From: the human T2T-CHM13v2.0 reference genome, Homo sapiens
Assembly (NCBI RefSeq): GCF_009914755.1
Contig: NC_060931.1
Strand: one strand, 5' to 3'
DNA: 64,000 nucleotides
Numbering within the stretch: position 1 is the stretch's first letter; each line of letters begins with the position of its first letter. A program made the translations under genes and the position numbers. Of this stretch, positions 28,713-63,939 are shown piece after piece. The notes beneath the pieces were generated by a model. It was not told the origin of the DNA, made no database searches, and saw only the letters and a program-made list of their open reading frames with translations.

Positions 28713-29095
28713 TATGTGAGCGTGTTTAGTGTGTTAGTGTGAGGCTGAGTGTGTGTTTATCCAAGCGTGTGAATAGGTGCATGTGTGTGTACATAATTGC
28801 GTACAAGTGTGTGACTGTGAGTGTGCATGAGTGAGTCTGAGGGTGCTGAGCACGTGTTTGTGTGAGTGCGTGTGTGGAAGTGTGCACGAGTGTGTTTGTG
28901 CGAGTGTGCAAGCACGAGTGTGCACACGAGTGTGAGAGAGCAAATGAGTGTGTGACTGTGAGGGTGTGCGTATGTGTTAGTTTGTGAGAGCTTGCAAGTA
29001 AGTTTGTGCAAGCGTGTGAAGGTGTGAGAGTGTGTGAGGGCATGTGTGTCCTCACATGGGTATGTGAATGTGTGTGCATGTATGTGAGTGTGTGT
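28713..29095. repeat. Degenerate (TG)n tract, about 380 bp
   Basis: Seen directly. Confidence 0.92.
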
Positions 29096-29864
29096 TTATT
29101 GTGAAAATCGTGTATTTGTACTCATCATCGCATCCAGAGTCACTTGCTGTAAGGAGGGGTGACCTTGGAACTAAGGCTCTGCCACCTCTTTCCAACCCCC
29201 CATCCTGCACTGGATTGCCCAGTTGCTCCCAAAAGCTGGGGGCTTTGCTCTCCAGCTCACAGCTGTGGGCACCTCTCCTGGTCATCTCCTACCTCCTGTC
29301 CCAGCTGCACACAACCACGCTACCCCCAGATCTCCAGGGGGAAACTGGTTTGCTGGAATGTTTATGAAACACGAGTGCAGGTTTTTGCTTTTTTAAAAAA
29401 GAAATGAGCGTAACAGGATTTTTCAGATTCAGAGCTGTACTTCTGAAATCCAGTTCTCCACTCGTGTGTTTTCCTGTCAACAGTGCATCTCCAAACGTCG
29501 CGCCTGCTGCTACCAATTAATTCATGATTGTTTCATTCACCGATTAAGTTGCTCGATGTCAGCAGATTTAAATTTTGTGAAGTTATGTAGTTTTGTCTTC
29601 AGGGGGACATTGTGCAAACTTGATCAAGCAGCAGTTATGACAATGCACGTAAAGTGAATAATAAAAGCTGAATGTGTCTCCCTTATGAAATTTGGTCATG
29701 CATTTTATATTCGCGATTCTTGGAGTGTGACAAAAAAGCATCCAACTTATGTGTAAGAAAAATTTCGAAACTGTGGGAGTGTGAAACTTTACGATGGGAT
29801 TCACAGCATTTTGCAAGAATTTTTTTTTTTAATTCCTGCAAGAGTCCCACTACTGTATTCCAAG

Positions 29865-31325
<1,461 letters not shown>

Positions 31326-31465
31326 TAATTTATAAAGAAAAGTTTAATTTGGCTCACAGTTCTGCAGGTTTACAAGCATGGTGCCGGCATCTCCTTGGCT
31401 TCTGGGGAGGTCTCTGGAAACTTTCATTCACGGCTGAAGGCAAATTGGGATTAAGAGAGTGAGGG

Positions 31466-32128
<663 letters not shown>

Positions 32129-32510
32129 TTAAATAACCAGATGTCACGTGAACCGAGAGCCAGAACCCACTTATCACCAAGGGGATGGTGCTAGACCATT
32201 CATGAGAGGTCTGTCCCCTGATCTAATCACCTCCTACCAGGCTTCACCTAATGCTGGGAATTACATTTCAACCTGAGATCTGGAGTTTGGACAAATATCC
32301 AAACCCTATCACATACATTGCATTCATTACCTACCCATCCCTTTCCATGTCTCCATTGTGTACACATTGTTTACCTCCCTCTTAGAGAACATATGGTATT
32401 TGTCTTTCTGTGCCTGGGTGGTTCATGTAAGATAACAGCCTCCAGTTCCATCCACGTTTAGATCACAGCTGATACAGAGAGGGATGGCGACTTGTGCAGG
32501 GTCACACAGC

Positions 32511-33553
32511 TGTCACTGCCCAAGGGGTTCACCTTGCCTGCTGCTTAGACACAGCTGATTTATCAAGACAGGGGAATTGCAATAGAGAAAGATGGCCGGG
32601 TGCCATGGCTTGCTCCTGTAATCGCAGCACTTTGGAAGGCTGAGGTGGGTGGATCACTTGAGGCCAGGAGTTCGAGAGCAGCCTCACAAACATGGTGAAA
32701 CCCTGTCTCTACCAAAAATACAAAAATTAGCTGGGCCTGGTGGCACACACCTATAATCTCAGCTACTCCGGAGGCTGAGGCAGGAGAATCGCTTGAACCT
32801 GGGAGGCAGAGGTTGCAGTGAGCCCAGATCGCGCCACTGCACTACAGCCTGGGCAACAGAGTGAGACTCTGTCTCAACTAAAAAAAAAAAAAAGAGAGAG
32901 AGAGAGAAAGAGTAATTTACACAGAGCCGGCTGTATGGGAGACTGGAGGTTTTTATCACTCAAATCAGTCTCCTGAGCATTCAGGATGGAGTTTTTAAAG
33001 ACAATTTGGTGGGTAGAGGCTCGGAAGTTGGGGAGTGGTGACTGGTCAGGTTGGAGATGGAATTGTAGGGGGTCGAAGTGAGGTTTTCTTGCTGTCTTCT
33101 GTTTCTGGATGGGATCATAGCACTGCTCAAGCCAGATTACAGGTCTGGGTGGTATCAGCTGATCCATCGAGGACAGGGTCTGCGAAATATCTCAAGCACT
33201 GATCTTAGGTTTTATAATGGCGATGTTATCTCCAGGAGCAATTTGGGGAGGTTCAGACTCTTGCAGCCATAGGCTGCATGACCCCGTAAACCATAATTTC
33301 TAATCCTGTAGCTAATTTATTAGTCCTACAAAGGCAGACTGGTACCCAGGTAAGAAGGGGGTCTTTTTGGGAAAGAGATATTATCAATTTTGTTTCAGAG
33401 TCAAACCATAAACTAAATTTCTTCCCAAGATTAGTTCGGCCTACTCCCAGGAATGAAGGAGGACAGCCTAAAGTTAGAAGCAAGATGGAGTCAGTTAGGT
33501 CTGATCTCTTTCGTTGTCATAACTTCCTCCGTTATGATTTTTGCAAAGGCATT
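32511..33553 (-). mobile_element. LTR8-family (LTR8/LTR8A) ERV1 solo LTR interrupted by AluS (+) 32594-32905
   Basis: gttagaagcaagatggagtcagttagg...tttgcaaaggc end and tcactcaaatcagtctcc motif match the recalled LTR8 reverse complement. Confidence 0.8.
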
Positions 33554-33712
33554 TGCACAGCCAGTGAACACGGACCCCGGCAGTGGTTTCCACGCCATGG
33601 GGGCCTCCCGGAGCCCTGGCTGGGCAAAACAGCCTGGCCCATCTTTGCAGCAGTGGGGTCTGGAGGTGGGTGGGTGGGAGCTCATGCCCCCCTGACGCTG
33701 TCTGTGTGTTAG

Positions 33713-33816
33713 TTACAGGACTCTGATCAGACCCACCTACAGAGTGTCCTACCGCACGGTGACGGTGCTGGAGTGGAGATGCTGCCCTGGCTTCACCGGG
33801 AGCAACTGTGATGAGG
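33713..33816 (+). CDS. COL26A1: Collagen XXVI alpha-1 coding exon (exon 3), C-terminal half of EMI domain; phase 2-1, 104 nt
   Basis: Branch-like CTGAC at 33692-33696, acceptor ttag|T, donor GAG G|gtaagt. In frame with the previous exon: (S)YRTLIRPTYRVSYRTVTVLEWRCCPGFTGSNCDE, containing the EMI hallmark WRCCPG(F/Y). Confidence 0.96.
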
Positions 33817-34512
33817 GTAAGTTGGCAGGCACTTGGGCTGCAGGGGGCCAGGCGTGGGCCAGGCTGGAGTTTCTCCCTTCTCTGGCCTCCTCCTGCAAGC
33901 AGCTTTCCTTTCCCCCGTAGCTTGAAATCCTTTCCTTTTCCCAATCGCCTCTGAAGCAAATGTTCTGTATCGGCCTGGCCAAACCAGGATGAAGCTGCCC
34001 GCCCTGCCCGTGGGCACCGAGGCAGGTCCTAGTTTGCACTGGTTGGGTAGTGGAATACAGAAGCCAAAAACAGCACTGGTGCCAGGGGAAGGGATTTGAT
34101 TTCTAGCCGGTTTCTTCCACTTTTGGCTCCGATGCACCCAGAACCCCTGGGGCAGGCAGAGTTGGATATCTGGGCTCTGAGCAAATGCGGATGAGGTCCC
34201 ACCAGCCTTGAGGCCACGTATTTTGTAGACTGAGACAGAGAAGCTGACCGGTAGCTGCAGATAGACGTTCACCCAGCTGCTTTCTGCCTTTCTGCCCTGT
34301 TGGTGTTTAGCCCGGGGGCCTGGGCTCAGCCTGGCTCTGGAGCCTGAGAGGGTCACATAACAGCACTTAGGTGGGCCAGCAGTGGCAGACAGAGCAAATC
34401 CCCCTTCACTGCTGGCCAGGGAAATTGAGTCCTGCCTAATGAACAAGTTTGCAGCCCACCTTGTTCCCCAGCATGGCTGGATGGGTCTGGAGGCTGAGGC
34501 TCAGCGGTGAGA

Positions 34513-34820
34513 TTTTTCTTCTTTTTCTTTTTTTTTTTTGAGACAAGGTCTCACTCTGTTGCCCAGGCTAGAGTGGAGTGACATGATCATGGCTCACTGC
34601 AGCCTCGAACTCCTGGGCTCAATTGATCCTCCCACTTCACCCTCCCGTGCAGTTGGGACTGTAGGTGTGCACCACCATACCTAGCTATTTTTTTGTATGA
34701 TTTTTAGAGACGGGTCTTGCATTGTTGCTCAGGCTGTCTCGAACTCCTTGGATCAAGCGATCCTCCCACCTTAGCCTCCCAAAGTGCTGGGATTACAGGT
34801 GTGAACCACCTCTCCCGGCT
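34513..34820 (-). mobile_element. AluJ
   Basis: Alu consensus. Confidence 0.9.
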
Positions 34821-35515
34821 GGAGGGGTCAGTTTTGTATTTGGAAACAGTAGCTGTGTCCCACCTTCGCTTTCTGACAAAATTCTTCTCTTCTCTGTCAT
34901 CTTGTTACTTACTGATTTGATAGCAGGATCTATATGCTTTGAGTGTAAACTGTCTAAAGAGCTCTTTGGGTTACAAAGAATAACGCAATTGACAGAAATA
35001 GAGACTCTGACAATTGCTTCAGGGGGCCTCTGGCCCACAGCAGAGCTGAAGGAAAAAGGCTGGGATGCCAGGGAGTCCGACAGGTGCCTCTGGTCCTGGT
35101 TGATGAGGTGCCTGATGCTGGCAGGGGAGGCTGGGCTATCCTTGTTGGAGGTTCCAGGGCTGACTTGGACCCTTCTTTGGAGAGGAGCAGGAAGGACCTC
35201 CAAGGTGAAGGGGTGAGGGGATGCCAGGTTTCTGAGCAGTGGGCTGGCCCTGGCATAATGCTATGGTGTTGAACGACCACAGCTCACAGGTCCCTCATGG
35301 AGGCCTGAGCCCTTCAATGCCAGGACTTGGACCTGCCATTCTGGTCAGCGCCACGGCTGTGGACACAGCCATCTGGTCCCCCCAACGGGATGGAGCAGGC
35401 CTGCCATCTAGATCCTGCCAGGGGCCGAGGAGGCGAGAGTTGCTAGGGAAGTGATTAGTTTACCCTTAAGTAAGTACCTGAGCCTGTTTCAGTGATCAAT
35501 AAAATCAGCAATGTT

Positions 35516-35716
35516 AGCCGGGAATGGTGGCTTATGACTGTAATCCCAGCATTTCAGGAGGCTGAAGCCGGAGGATCGCTTGAGCCCAGGAGTTTGAGAC
35601 CAGCCTGGGCAACATGGTGAAACCCTGTCTCTACTAAAATATACAAAAATTAGCCAGGTGAGGTGGCATGTGCCTGTAGTCCCAGGTACTCAGGAGGCTG
35701 AGGTAGGAGGATCACT
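35516..35716 (+). mobile_element. 3'-truncated AluJ
   Basis: Ends mid right arm in a TA/CA repeat. Confidence 0.85.
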
Positions 35717-35749
35717 GATGTATGTGTGTATACACACACACATGTATTT

Positions 35750-36639
<890 letters not shown>

Positions 36640-36640
<1 letters not shown>

Positions 36641-37425
36641 TGTGTGTGTATATATATAATATGTGTATTACATATTATTATTGAAATATATAATATATAG
36701 TAATTGTGATATATTAATAATATATATTCTATATTCAATAATATAGAATTATTGAATTATTTATATTCCATATTCTATATGAATATGAATTCCATAGTCT
36801 ATATGAATATGAATTCCATAGTCTATATGAATATGAATTCCATAGTCTATATGAATATGGAATGTAGAATGATATACAATTCTATATGGATATTGAATGC
36901 GTTATTAATAATTTATATATTCCAGTAATATATATTATCAATAATTATAGATATTAATTATTGATAATAAATATTATCAAATAAATATTCATATATTGAA
37001 TAATATATAATATTGAATAATTGTTGATATATATTATTGAATAATTATTAATAATAATTAATATATATTCCAGTAACATATAATATATATTATTGAAATA
37101 TATGATACGTATTATATATTGTTGAAATATATAATATATAATTGAAATATATAATATAGTCATTGAGATATATATGTAATATATATCTCAATAATTAATA
37201 TAATCTCAATAATATATATAAAATATGTTACTGTAGACAATTTATACATTGTATATAATATATACAATATGAAAGATATATTTATATATGATGTAAATTA
37301 TGTATTATAATGTGAATTATGTATTATAATTTATATTATATTTCTATTTAAACAATGTATGTATTATATAAATTATATATAATGTTATATTTAAATTATA
37401 ATTTATATTATATATAAATTATATA
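36640..37425. repeat. AT-rich (TA)n-derived island, about 790 bp, containing a 24-bp tandem repeat
   Basis: Very low GC; TTCCATAGTCTATATGAATATGAA about 4 times at about 36767-36860. Confidence 0.93.
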
Positions 37426-37563
37426 CAATTTAAGTATCCCTAGTCCAAAATCCAAAATGTTCTAAAATCTGAAACTTTCTGAGCCCTGACATGATGCTCA
37501 AAGGAAATGCCAAGTAGAACATTTTGGATTTCTGATTTTCTGATTTGGGATGCTGAACTGGTA
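37426..37563. mobile_element. Tigger4 (Zombi/MER46)-type MITE
   Basis: TIR-like ends caatttaagtatccc and gggatgctgaactg-ta; internal aaaatccaaaatg..ctgaaactttctgagc..gacatgatgctcaaaggaaatgc. Confidence 0.8.
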
Positions 37564-37694
37564 ACATAATTATATATTATACGTAAAGTATATAATTTAT
37601 ATATGTATATAAAAACGAACCTGAAATTAAGACCACTAAGGTTGAGCCTATGGGGTAGTAAAGACAAAAGCTTTGTGGTTATTGTCTCTACTGA

Positions 37695-38045
<351 letters not shown>

Positions 38046-38489
38046 TAACATCCAACTTGGCAGAATCTGAGCTGCAATGCATAGTGAGCGGTAACTCAAA
38101 GTGACATTCTCCTGGGGTGTCATACGGCACGTGGGCAGGCTCATGAGATAGTGCTGTAGCCTGACTCTAGAAGGTTAGTCCCTCAGCTTTTTGCCCTATT
38201 TCCACATTTTGCAGAGCTCTTCTTGCAGACTGAGTGGATGAAACACAGTAGCCCATGGCAGCAGGTGGCAGGACCGTGGGAGGACAGTCCCTGCTGACTG
38301 GGAGGTCCTCACCACCAAGTAGGTTCATGTGGGGCTGTGGACCCACCTTTCTCAATAGAGGAGGCAGAAGTGAAGGGGGGTGACTGTGAGCTGGTGAATT
38401 GTTCCAAAGGTGTCCACCCTCAAGGGCTTGGCACTTCCCTTCAAGAAGAAATTTCTTATCCGATAAACCACATTGATATGATCAATATA

Positions 38490-39452
<963 letters not shown>

Positions 39453-40012
39453 TACTCACCAGAAACATCTGGAGTTCTTGGACTGATTATGATGAGTTCC
39501 AGCACCTCTCAAGATGCTCTCAGCCTCAGACCTCTGCCAGCCCCTCCCTGGTGGAGAAGCCTTCTGGGCTTCAAGCACCTTGCTCAGGATGCGTGTCCCC
39601 TTCTGAAAGTTTTAGGGTTAAGTGACTCTTCTAGCTGTGTGCCTGAGGGTCCTGGACATCTCAGGAGTGGGGAGTTGGCAGCTGAAGAATTCCTGGGAGT
39701 CTGAGCCTGGGCTGAGTTTGGGATCGGCTCCTGAAAACCCTTGTAAAGATTTTACATTCCCGAATATAAACCAATAAAGACAGCAGGCTAAATCAAGGCC
39801 ATGCCCATGTCTTGGGCACATTCCGAAGATGGTTGTGGTGAGTCCCGCACCATTAATTCCCTTTTGCGTCTCATTCCTGCCTCTCTGGAAACAAGCAGGT
39901 CCATGAGATGCAGTTCAGTGGGTTTTGCTGTGGTTCAGTGGGGTTTCCCTCCCTAGACACCCCAGGAGTGCAGGTCTAAGGTTTGGAAATACTTTCCTTT
40001 CTACATATGTCT

Positions 40013-41000
<988 letters not shown>

Positions 41001-41037
41001 TATGGATCTATGTCTAACTAAATATCTAAAACAAAAT

Positions 41038-42825
<1,788 letters not shown>

Positions 42826-42907
42826 CACAGATGTTAAATGTACAATTTGATGAGTTTTGATAAATGCATACTCATTTCCATCAGCTCCCAGAAAGTCTCT
42901 ACCCCAG

Positions 42908-43672
42908 TGTAATTGCTCAGTGGGTTCTTCCTGCCTGCCACCCAGACAAAACCAGTTCGCTGAGACCGTGGTATTACAGTAAAGAAGTATTTTAATTAAC
43001 ATGATGCCGGCCACGTGGGAGAACTGGAGTTATCACTCAAATCAGTTTCCTTGAAGGCTTGAAGGTTAGGGTTTTTCAAGGATAGTTTAATGGGCAGGGG
43101 ACTAGGGAATGGGTGCTGCTTACTGTTTGGGGATGCCATCATAGGGGTGTGGAAAACGGTCCTTGGGCACTGAGTCCAACACTGGGTGCAAGGATACAGG
43201 ACTGGTTGAGTGATGAGTCATGAGTCCGGGTGGGGTCAGTCAGTTGCCAGCATGCAAAAGTCTGAAAAATATCTCAAAAGACCAATCTTAGGTTCTACCA
43301 TAGTTATCTATAGGAGCAACTGGGGAAGTCATCAATGTTATGACCTCTGGCCGCATGTCTCCTGTGTCATAAAGGATTATAGAAACCATGTCTACATTTT
43401 AGCAGAATTCAGGCACCTATAATTCTAATCTCATGTCCTTTCATTGTCTTTCAAAGGCAGTTTCCTCCCCTAAACAAGGAAGGAATCCGTTTTAGGGAGA
43501 GAGTGTTATCATCCTTGCTTCAAAGTTAAACTATAAGCTAAATTCCTTCCATGTTCAGCTTGGCCTCTACCCAGGAGTGAGCAAAGACCCCCAGCGTGTG
43601 AGGTTAGAAGCAAGATGGAGTCAGCTATTTCAGATTTCACTCACTGTCATAATCTTTGCAAAGGCAGTTTCA
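42908..43672 (-). mobile_element. Uninterrupted LTR8B-like ERV1 solo LTR inserted in an old L1
   Basis: TG...CA ends; reverse complement starts TGAAACTGCCTTTGCAAAGATTATGACAGTGAG; 4-bp flanks CCAG/CTAG. Confidence 0.82.
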
Positions 43673-43898
43673 CTAGAAAGCACTGTTCTGACTTCTATCA
43701 TCATAGATCAATTTTGACTATTCTTGAACTTTATATAAATGGAACCATACAGCATATAATCTTTTGTGTATGGTTTGTTTCACTTGCATTTTTGAGATTC
43801 TTCCATGTTTTACATATACATGTGTAGTTTACTTGTATTTGTTGCTGGATATTATTCCATTGCATGAATAACCATCATTTTGCTAGGTTGTGGTATAG

Positions 43899-48630
<4,732 letters not shown>

Positions 48631-49224
48631 TTAACTTCATGTATTTATTTCTTTTTCTCTTCCTGGGGCCTCCAGGGCTGTGGTGTCATCAACAGTTCCC
48701 TGTACTGTTTACTGGGACCCCCATGCTTCCGGCCCCCGGTGACACGTGGGAGCTCAGTAGCTGGCAGGGCAGGACCCATCATGAGAGTCCCAGAACTGGG
48801 GAACACCGAGAAGCAGAGAATGGGGCCCCACGCAGACCAGGAGCCCCATGCCTGAGCTGCAAGGAGGGACTTGCAGGCAAGGTTTTCCACCTGGATCTGT
48901 TCAGATGCAGTGACCTTGCAGAGTGATGGGGCCGGGACACTTCGTGCATCAAAGCACATAATTAACAATAAAAAGGAAAGGGGCCCAAGAAGAGGGGTCC
49001 CAGAAGAGAGGTCCAAGTTTCCTAGAGGGCAAGGACAGGCCATGATTGACAAGCCAGAAGTGGGCTCATGAGAACTGGGCTTTCTCTGCCAATAGTTGTG
49101 CTGTCCTGACCTAAGCTTACCTTCTCTAAATGTGTCAATCTAGAAAGAGAACAGGGCTTTGGTTTTGCAAGATTAAAAAGGTCTGCAAATTAATTGCACA
49201 CACATTGTAATAAATCTCCACCCC

Positions 49225-51345
<2,121 letters not shown>

Positions 51346-51454
51346 CTGCATCATTTTAACAAAGAGTCATAGCCTCTGAGCCCTGGGCTGTGGCGGGGCC
51401 AGCCCTGTTTCCCTCTCACACTCCAGTGCAGGACAACATCAGCAAGTGCTTTCA

Positions 51455-51960
<506 letters not shown>

Positions 51961-52416
51961 CTATCCAGGACTTGCTAACAACTTGCTAACGGCCCTGACT
52001 GAGATGACTCAATTTCCCAGCTAGAACTCCCCAGCAGCAAATGCAGGCTTGGCTGCTGTATCATTGATCACTCCCAGCCTGTCCCTGCCAAGCAATTCTA
52101 TATCCCTCACCTGCTTGGAGAGTGGAAAGGCCACAGGCGTCAATAGCCTCAGACCCAGCATTTAAATCCTGGCTCCACACACTAGTTCTGTGGGCTGGTC
52201 GCTTCCTGTCTGTACCTCCATTTGCTCATCTATAAAGTGAGCACAGCGATACCTGTCTTGCAGAATTGTCAATATATTGTATATGAAATGAGGTGACAAG
52301 TACCTGATGTGGCACAATTGGTGGTACAGAGTAGGCCTGAATAAATGGCCCTTGTTACTGTCATTCCCCGACCTGCCCAGCACTAGGCACAATAGTGTTA
52401 GAAACACACATTGATT

Positions 52417-52893
<477 letters not shown>

Positions 52894-53180
52894 TCAGTAT
52901 GGATCCCCTGAGTACCAGAAAGCACCCTGTCAGGTAGAGGGTGCCAGGAATCCCCGGTCTTGCTGCCAGCGCTGGGAGCCCTGGGCTGAGGTCCAGAGTT
53001 AGTGACCCCCTGCAAAGCTGCTGTTTTCCTTTAGGGAGTGGAGATTGGTTGGGGTTTGGAGTCCAACCAAATTCCCCTTGGAGGGCAGCCCATCAGCAAC
53101 AGGGATGCTGTGAACGTCCCTGGGAGGTGGTGGGTTGTGTAGACAGAGGCCGGAAGTCAGGACCTTTTGAAGCAGCATTA

Positions 53181-54429
<1,249 letters not shown>

Positions 54430-55274
54430 CTTTGTAAGTGACCTGCCCATCCGTTTCTCTTCTGGAAATAGGGTCATAGGAGTAGCCCTGCTGGGGAAGG
54501 GGCACCTTGGAGGTCTCTGCTCCCCGAGGCAGGGCTCCGTGCCGCCAAGCAAGGCCTCCGTAACGACCCACTGAGCCCTGGTTATCGTAAACTTCCTGCA
54601 GAAGGGGGCTTACCTTCCCATGATGCCATGTCTAGACACAAGGTCAGGTATAAGTTATGGAGATGATGTAGCATGTTCGGTGGTTAAACCGTAAAACTTT
54701 AATGAGAGATTTCTGTGTCTTGAACATGTGCTGGGGAAACTGTGGGAGGAGGGAGGGGGAGACGCATTCACTTCCTTTCCACTTCTTCTCTGGCCATCTG
54801 TAGGGGTGCAGGCACCGCCCTGGAGGCCAAGCCCTTGGCGCTCAGCTGAGATTTGGTGTCAGTGAGTGGCCTCCACCAGACCTGGCAGTTCCCAGGCCTG
54901 GCTCCCATTAAGCAGCTAGATGGAGCTCTGCCCTGCTGCACCGGGTGGACCTTGGCCAAGTCACAGCCTCGCAGGGCCTCGGTTTTCTCATCTGTGAAAT
55001 GGGGTTGGGAGAGAGACTCTCCCAGCACAAATGTTTCCATCTCCTGATCTTCTATGATCTGGCAGAGCGCATCAGCAGACACGCATGTTGAGCAGAAGGA
55101 ATGCCTCTCTGAGTTTCAGACCTGCCTCGTGGGGCCCTGGGGACACTGTAGGGCAGAGGAATAGCTTTATGGACTGTAAAGTGCTGTGCAGACACACAGC
55201 CCTCCTGGAAATTCTGGGGGTCTCTCTCTGAAAAGGGGTGAAAGCTATGCTGGTAGCTATTTAGGAGATATCTT

Positions 55275-57078
<1,804 letters not shown>

Positions 57079-57340
57079 GACACAGAGGCCTTTGGAGCTG
57101 AGGCTGGATGCTACTCTGTGTACTGAAGACACTCACTCGGGCCTTAAGGTCAAGGTACAGGAGGCCCTGATTTCCAGCAATGACATTTCACAGTGCCAGC
57201 CCCCACGTGCCATAATATCTGTTCCCATGCAATTAAGCATAAGGGCTTTATACTTGCCTTGTGCACATGGCTGAGCAATGGCAGAGATTTGAATAGGGTG
57301 GCTGATGTGGAGCCACATCACGATACACCCTGTGTGAGTG

Positions 57341-58536
<1,196 letters not shown>

Positions 58537-58940
58537 GGTGGATCCATTCCGCCATGGAGGGGTTGTGCTAAGCATGTATGGACTGAGGCCATCCTGGTAG
58601 GTGAGGACCATGTAGCTCAGGTCATGCACATTGCGCCTCGGGAAAATGTCTCCCAGGAGAGCATGGAGCAGCTGGGATGAGGACAGCCCTTCCCTCAGCC
58701 AACTGTTCCACCATCAAATCGCATTTACGAAGTGCCCACATGCTCTTAGGAGCCCATAAACACCCCAATCTGTGGCTCTAACCCTCACTCCTTCCAGTCG
58801 AAGTGTTGTGGGGCCCCAGGGGACCCTCCGGATCTGCAGAGGGGGTGCACTTGTCTCTGGGTCTCCTGTTCCCACAAGAACCACCTAAAGCATTGCCTGC
58901 GTTTCCCCGACATGGCGTTGGAATGTTCCAGAATCCCTGA

Positions 58941-59382
<442 letters not shown>

Positions 59383-59504
59383 CTGGGTTGCATGTTTTGC
59401 TGCCGCTTTTTGGTCTGCTAGGACCCCACCCAGAGGAGAACAAACACTGGGGCTTGGCACCACCTGCAGTCAAACCTGGTCCCACCACCTCCTAGTTGTG
59501 AAGT

Positions 59505-61478
<1,974 letters not shown>

Positions 61479-61716
61479 TGATGGAGAGAAGCAGGGGCTG
61501 TTATTTCCACTACAGAAGGTTTTCAGAGGCCTTATTCACACACAAAGGGTGAGGGTGGATTTCAGGGCCACTAAGTTACGGGCTGGACGCGAGTGTGTGT
61601 GTTCGATGTGTGTGTGCGTATATTGTGGGCCTGGTGTGTTTCCGTGTTGTTGTGATGTGCATGTGTGCCTACTGTGTATTGGATGTGCGTGGCGATGATG
61701 CATGATTCTGTGGTGA

Positions 61717-61885
61717 TTCCTTCCTTTCCTTCCTTCCTTCCTTTTTCTTTCTTTCTCTTTCTTTCTTTCTTTCTTTCCTTCCTTCCTTCCTTCCTTCTTT
61801 CTTTCTCTCTCTTTCTCTCTCTCTCTTTCTTTCTCTCTCTCTTTTTCTCTCTCTTTCTCTTTCTCTCTCTTTCTTTCTCTCTCTT

Positions 61886-61920
<35 letters not shown>

Positions 61921-62260
61921 TTCTTCTTTCTTTTTTTCTCCCTCTCTCTTTGTCTCTCTTTCTTTCTTTCTTCTTTTCAGTATCTCATGTTGTCACCCAG
62001 GCTGGAGTGCAGTGGTGCAGTCTCAGCTCACTGCAACCTCTGCTTCCCAGGTTCAAGTGATTCTTGTGCCTCAGCCTCTTGAGTAGCTGGGATTACAGGT
62101 GCATGCCACCACTCCCAGCTAATTGTGTGTGTGTGTGTGTGAGTAGAGATGGGTTTCACTATCTTGGCCAGGCTGGTCTTGAACTCCTGACCTCAGGTGA
62201 TCTGCCCACCTCGACCTCCTAAAGTGCTGGGATTATAGGTGTGAGCCACAGTGCCTGGCC
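61717..62260 (-). mobile_element. AluS with a ~260-bp CT-expanded tail inside a 14-bp TSD
   Basis: ATTCTGTGGTGATT at 61705-61718 and 62262-62275. Confidence 0.9.
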
Positions 62261-62297
62261 AATTCTGTGGTGATTACATATATGCCCATGTGTTAGT

Positions 62298-63204
<907 letters not shown>

Positions 63205-63208
<4 letters not shown>

Positions 63209-63390
63209 GTGTGTGAATTGTAAGGTATTGTGTGTCTGCGTGGGATATGCGTGCTGTGTGTGTAGTTAGTGTGAATGATACATGGTCATGTTTGTGCGTG
63301 TTTGTGTGTGTGCATTAGCATGCGGAGTGTGAGGTTTGTGTGTGTGCAGTTTGCACAGATGTGCAGTGAGTGCATAGTATGTGTATTATA
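63205..63390. repeat. Degenerate (TG)n tract
   Basis: Seen directly. Confidence 0.85.
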
Positions 63391-63939
63391 AGCCCTCAGT
63401 GACCCTCTCTTGGGCTGGTTGGATCTGCCTGAGAAAATTTGTCTACTCTTGTATCTGGAGGGTGTACATCTGGCCATCTGCCAGCTAGGAGCTGAGGGGG
63501 AGGAAGGGTGTATAGGGAGTATCTTGATATTCAGTGTCTAAACTTGCACTTAATTCCCAGTTTTCAGTATAGTTCTCAGACCCTCAATCATACCTGGTAT
63601 TCTTCAGTCATGAGATTCCCCCATTTTTTCTCTCCTAAGAATAAGCCTCCAGATTTCTGCCTGAGTGAAGGGGAGGACACAGAGACATCCTCTTTCTTTG
63701 AGACTTTGAACCTATCTTGTTTTCAGCACCTCTGTATACCTTCATTTGTCCAAGTACTTGGTATGTTGCCATTGTGGGAGGGGTGTTCTGCGGTGTAGAT
63801 GAGATTTTCTCAGCTTTCCCTGACCTTTCGTGGGTCAGTAAAATCAGCTACCATTTGTCCATTTGTTTTGCGGTTTCCACATTTCTGTTGCTGTTGACTC
63901 TTTTACCCTTGTCAATTTCTTTGTTCTTGTCCATTGATA

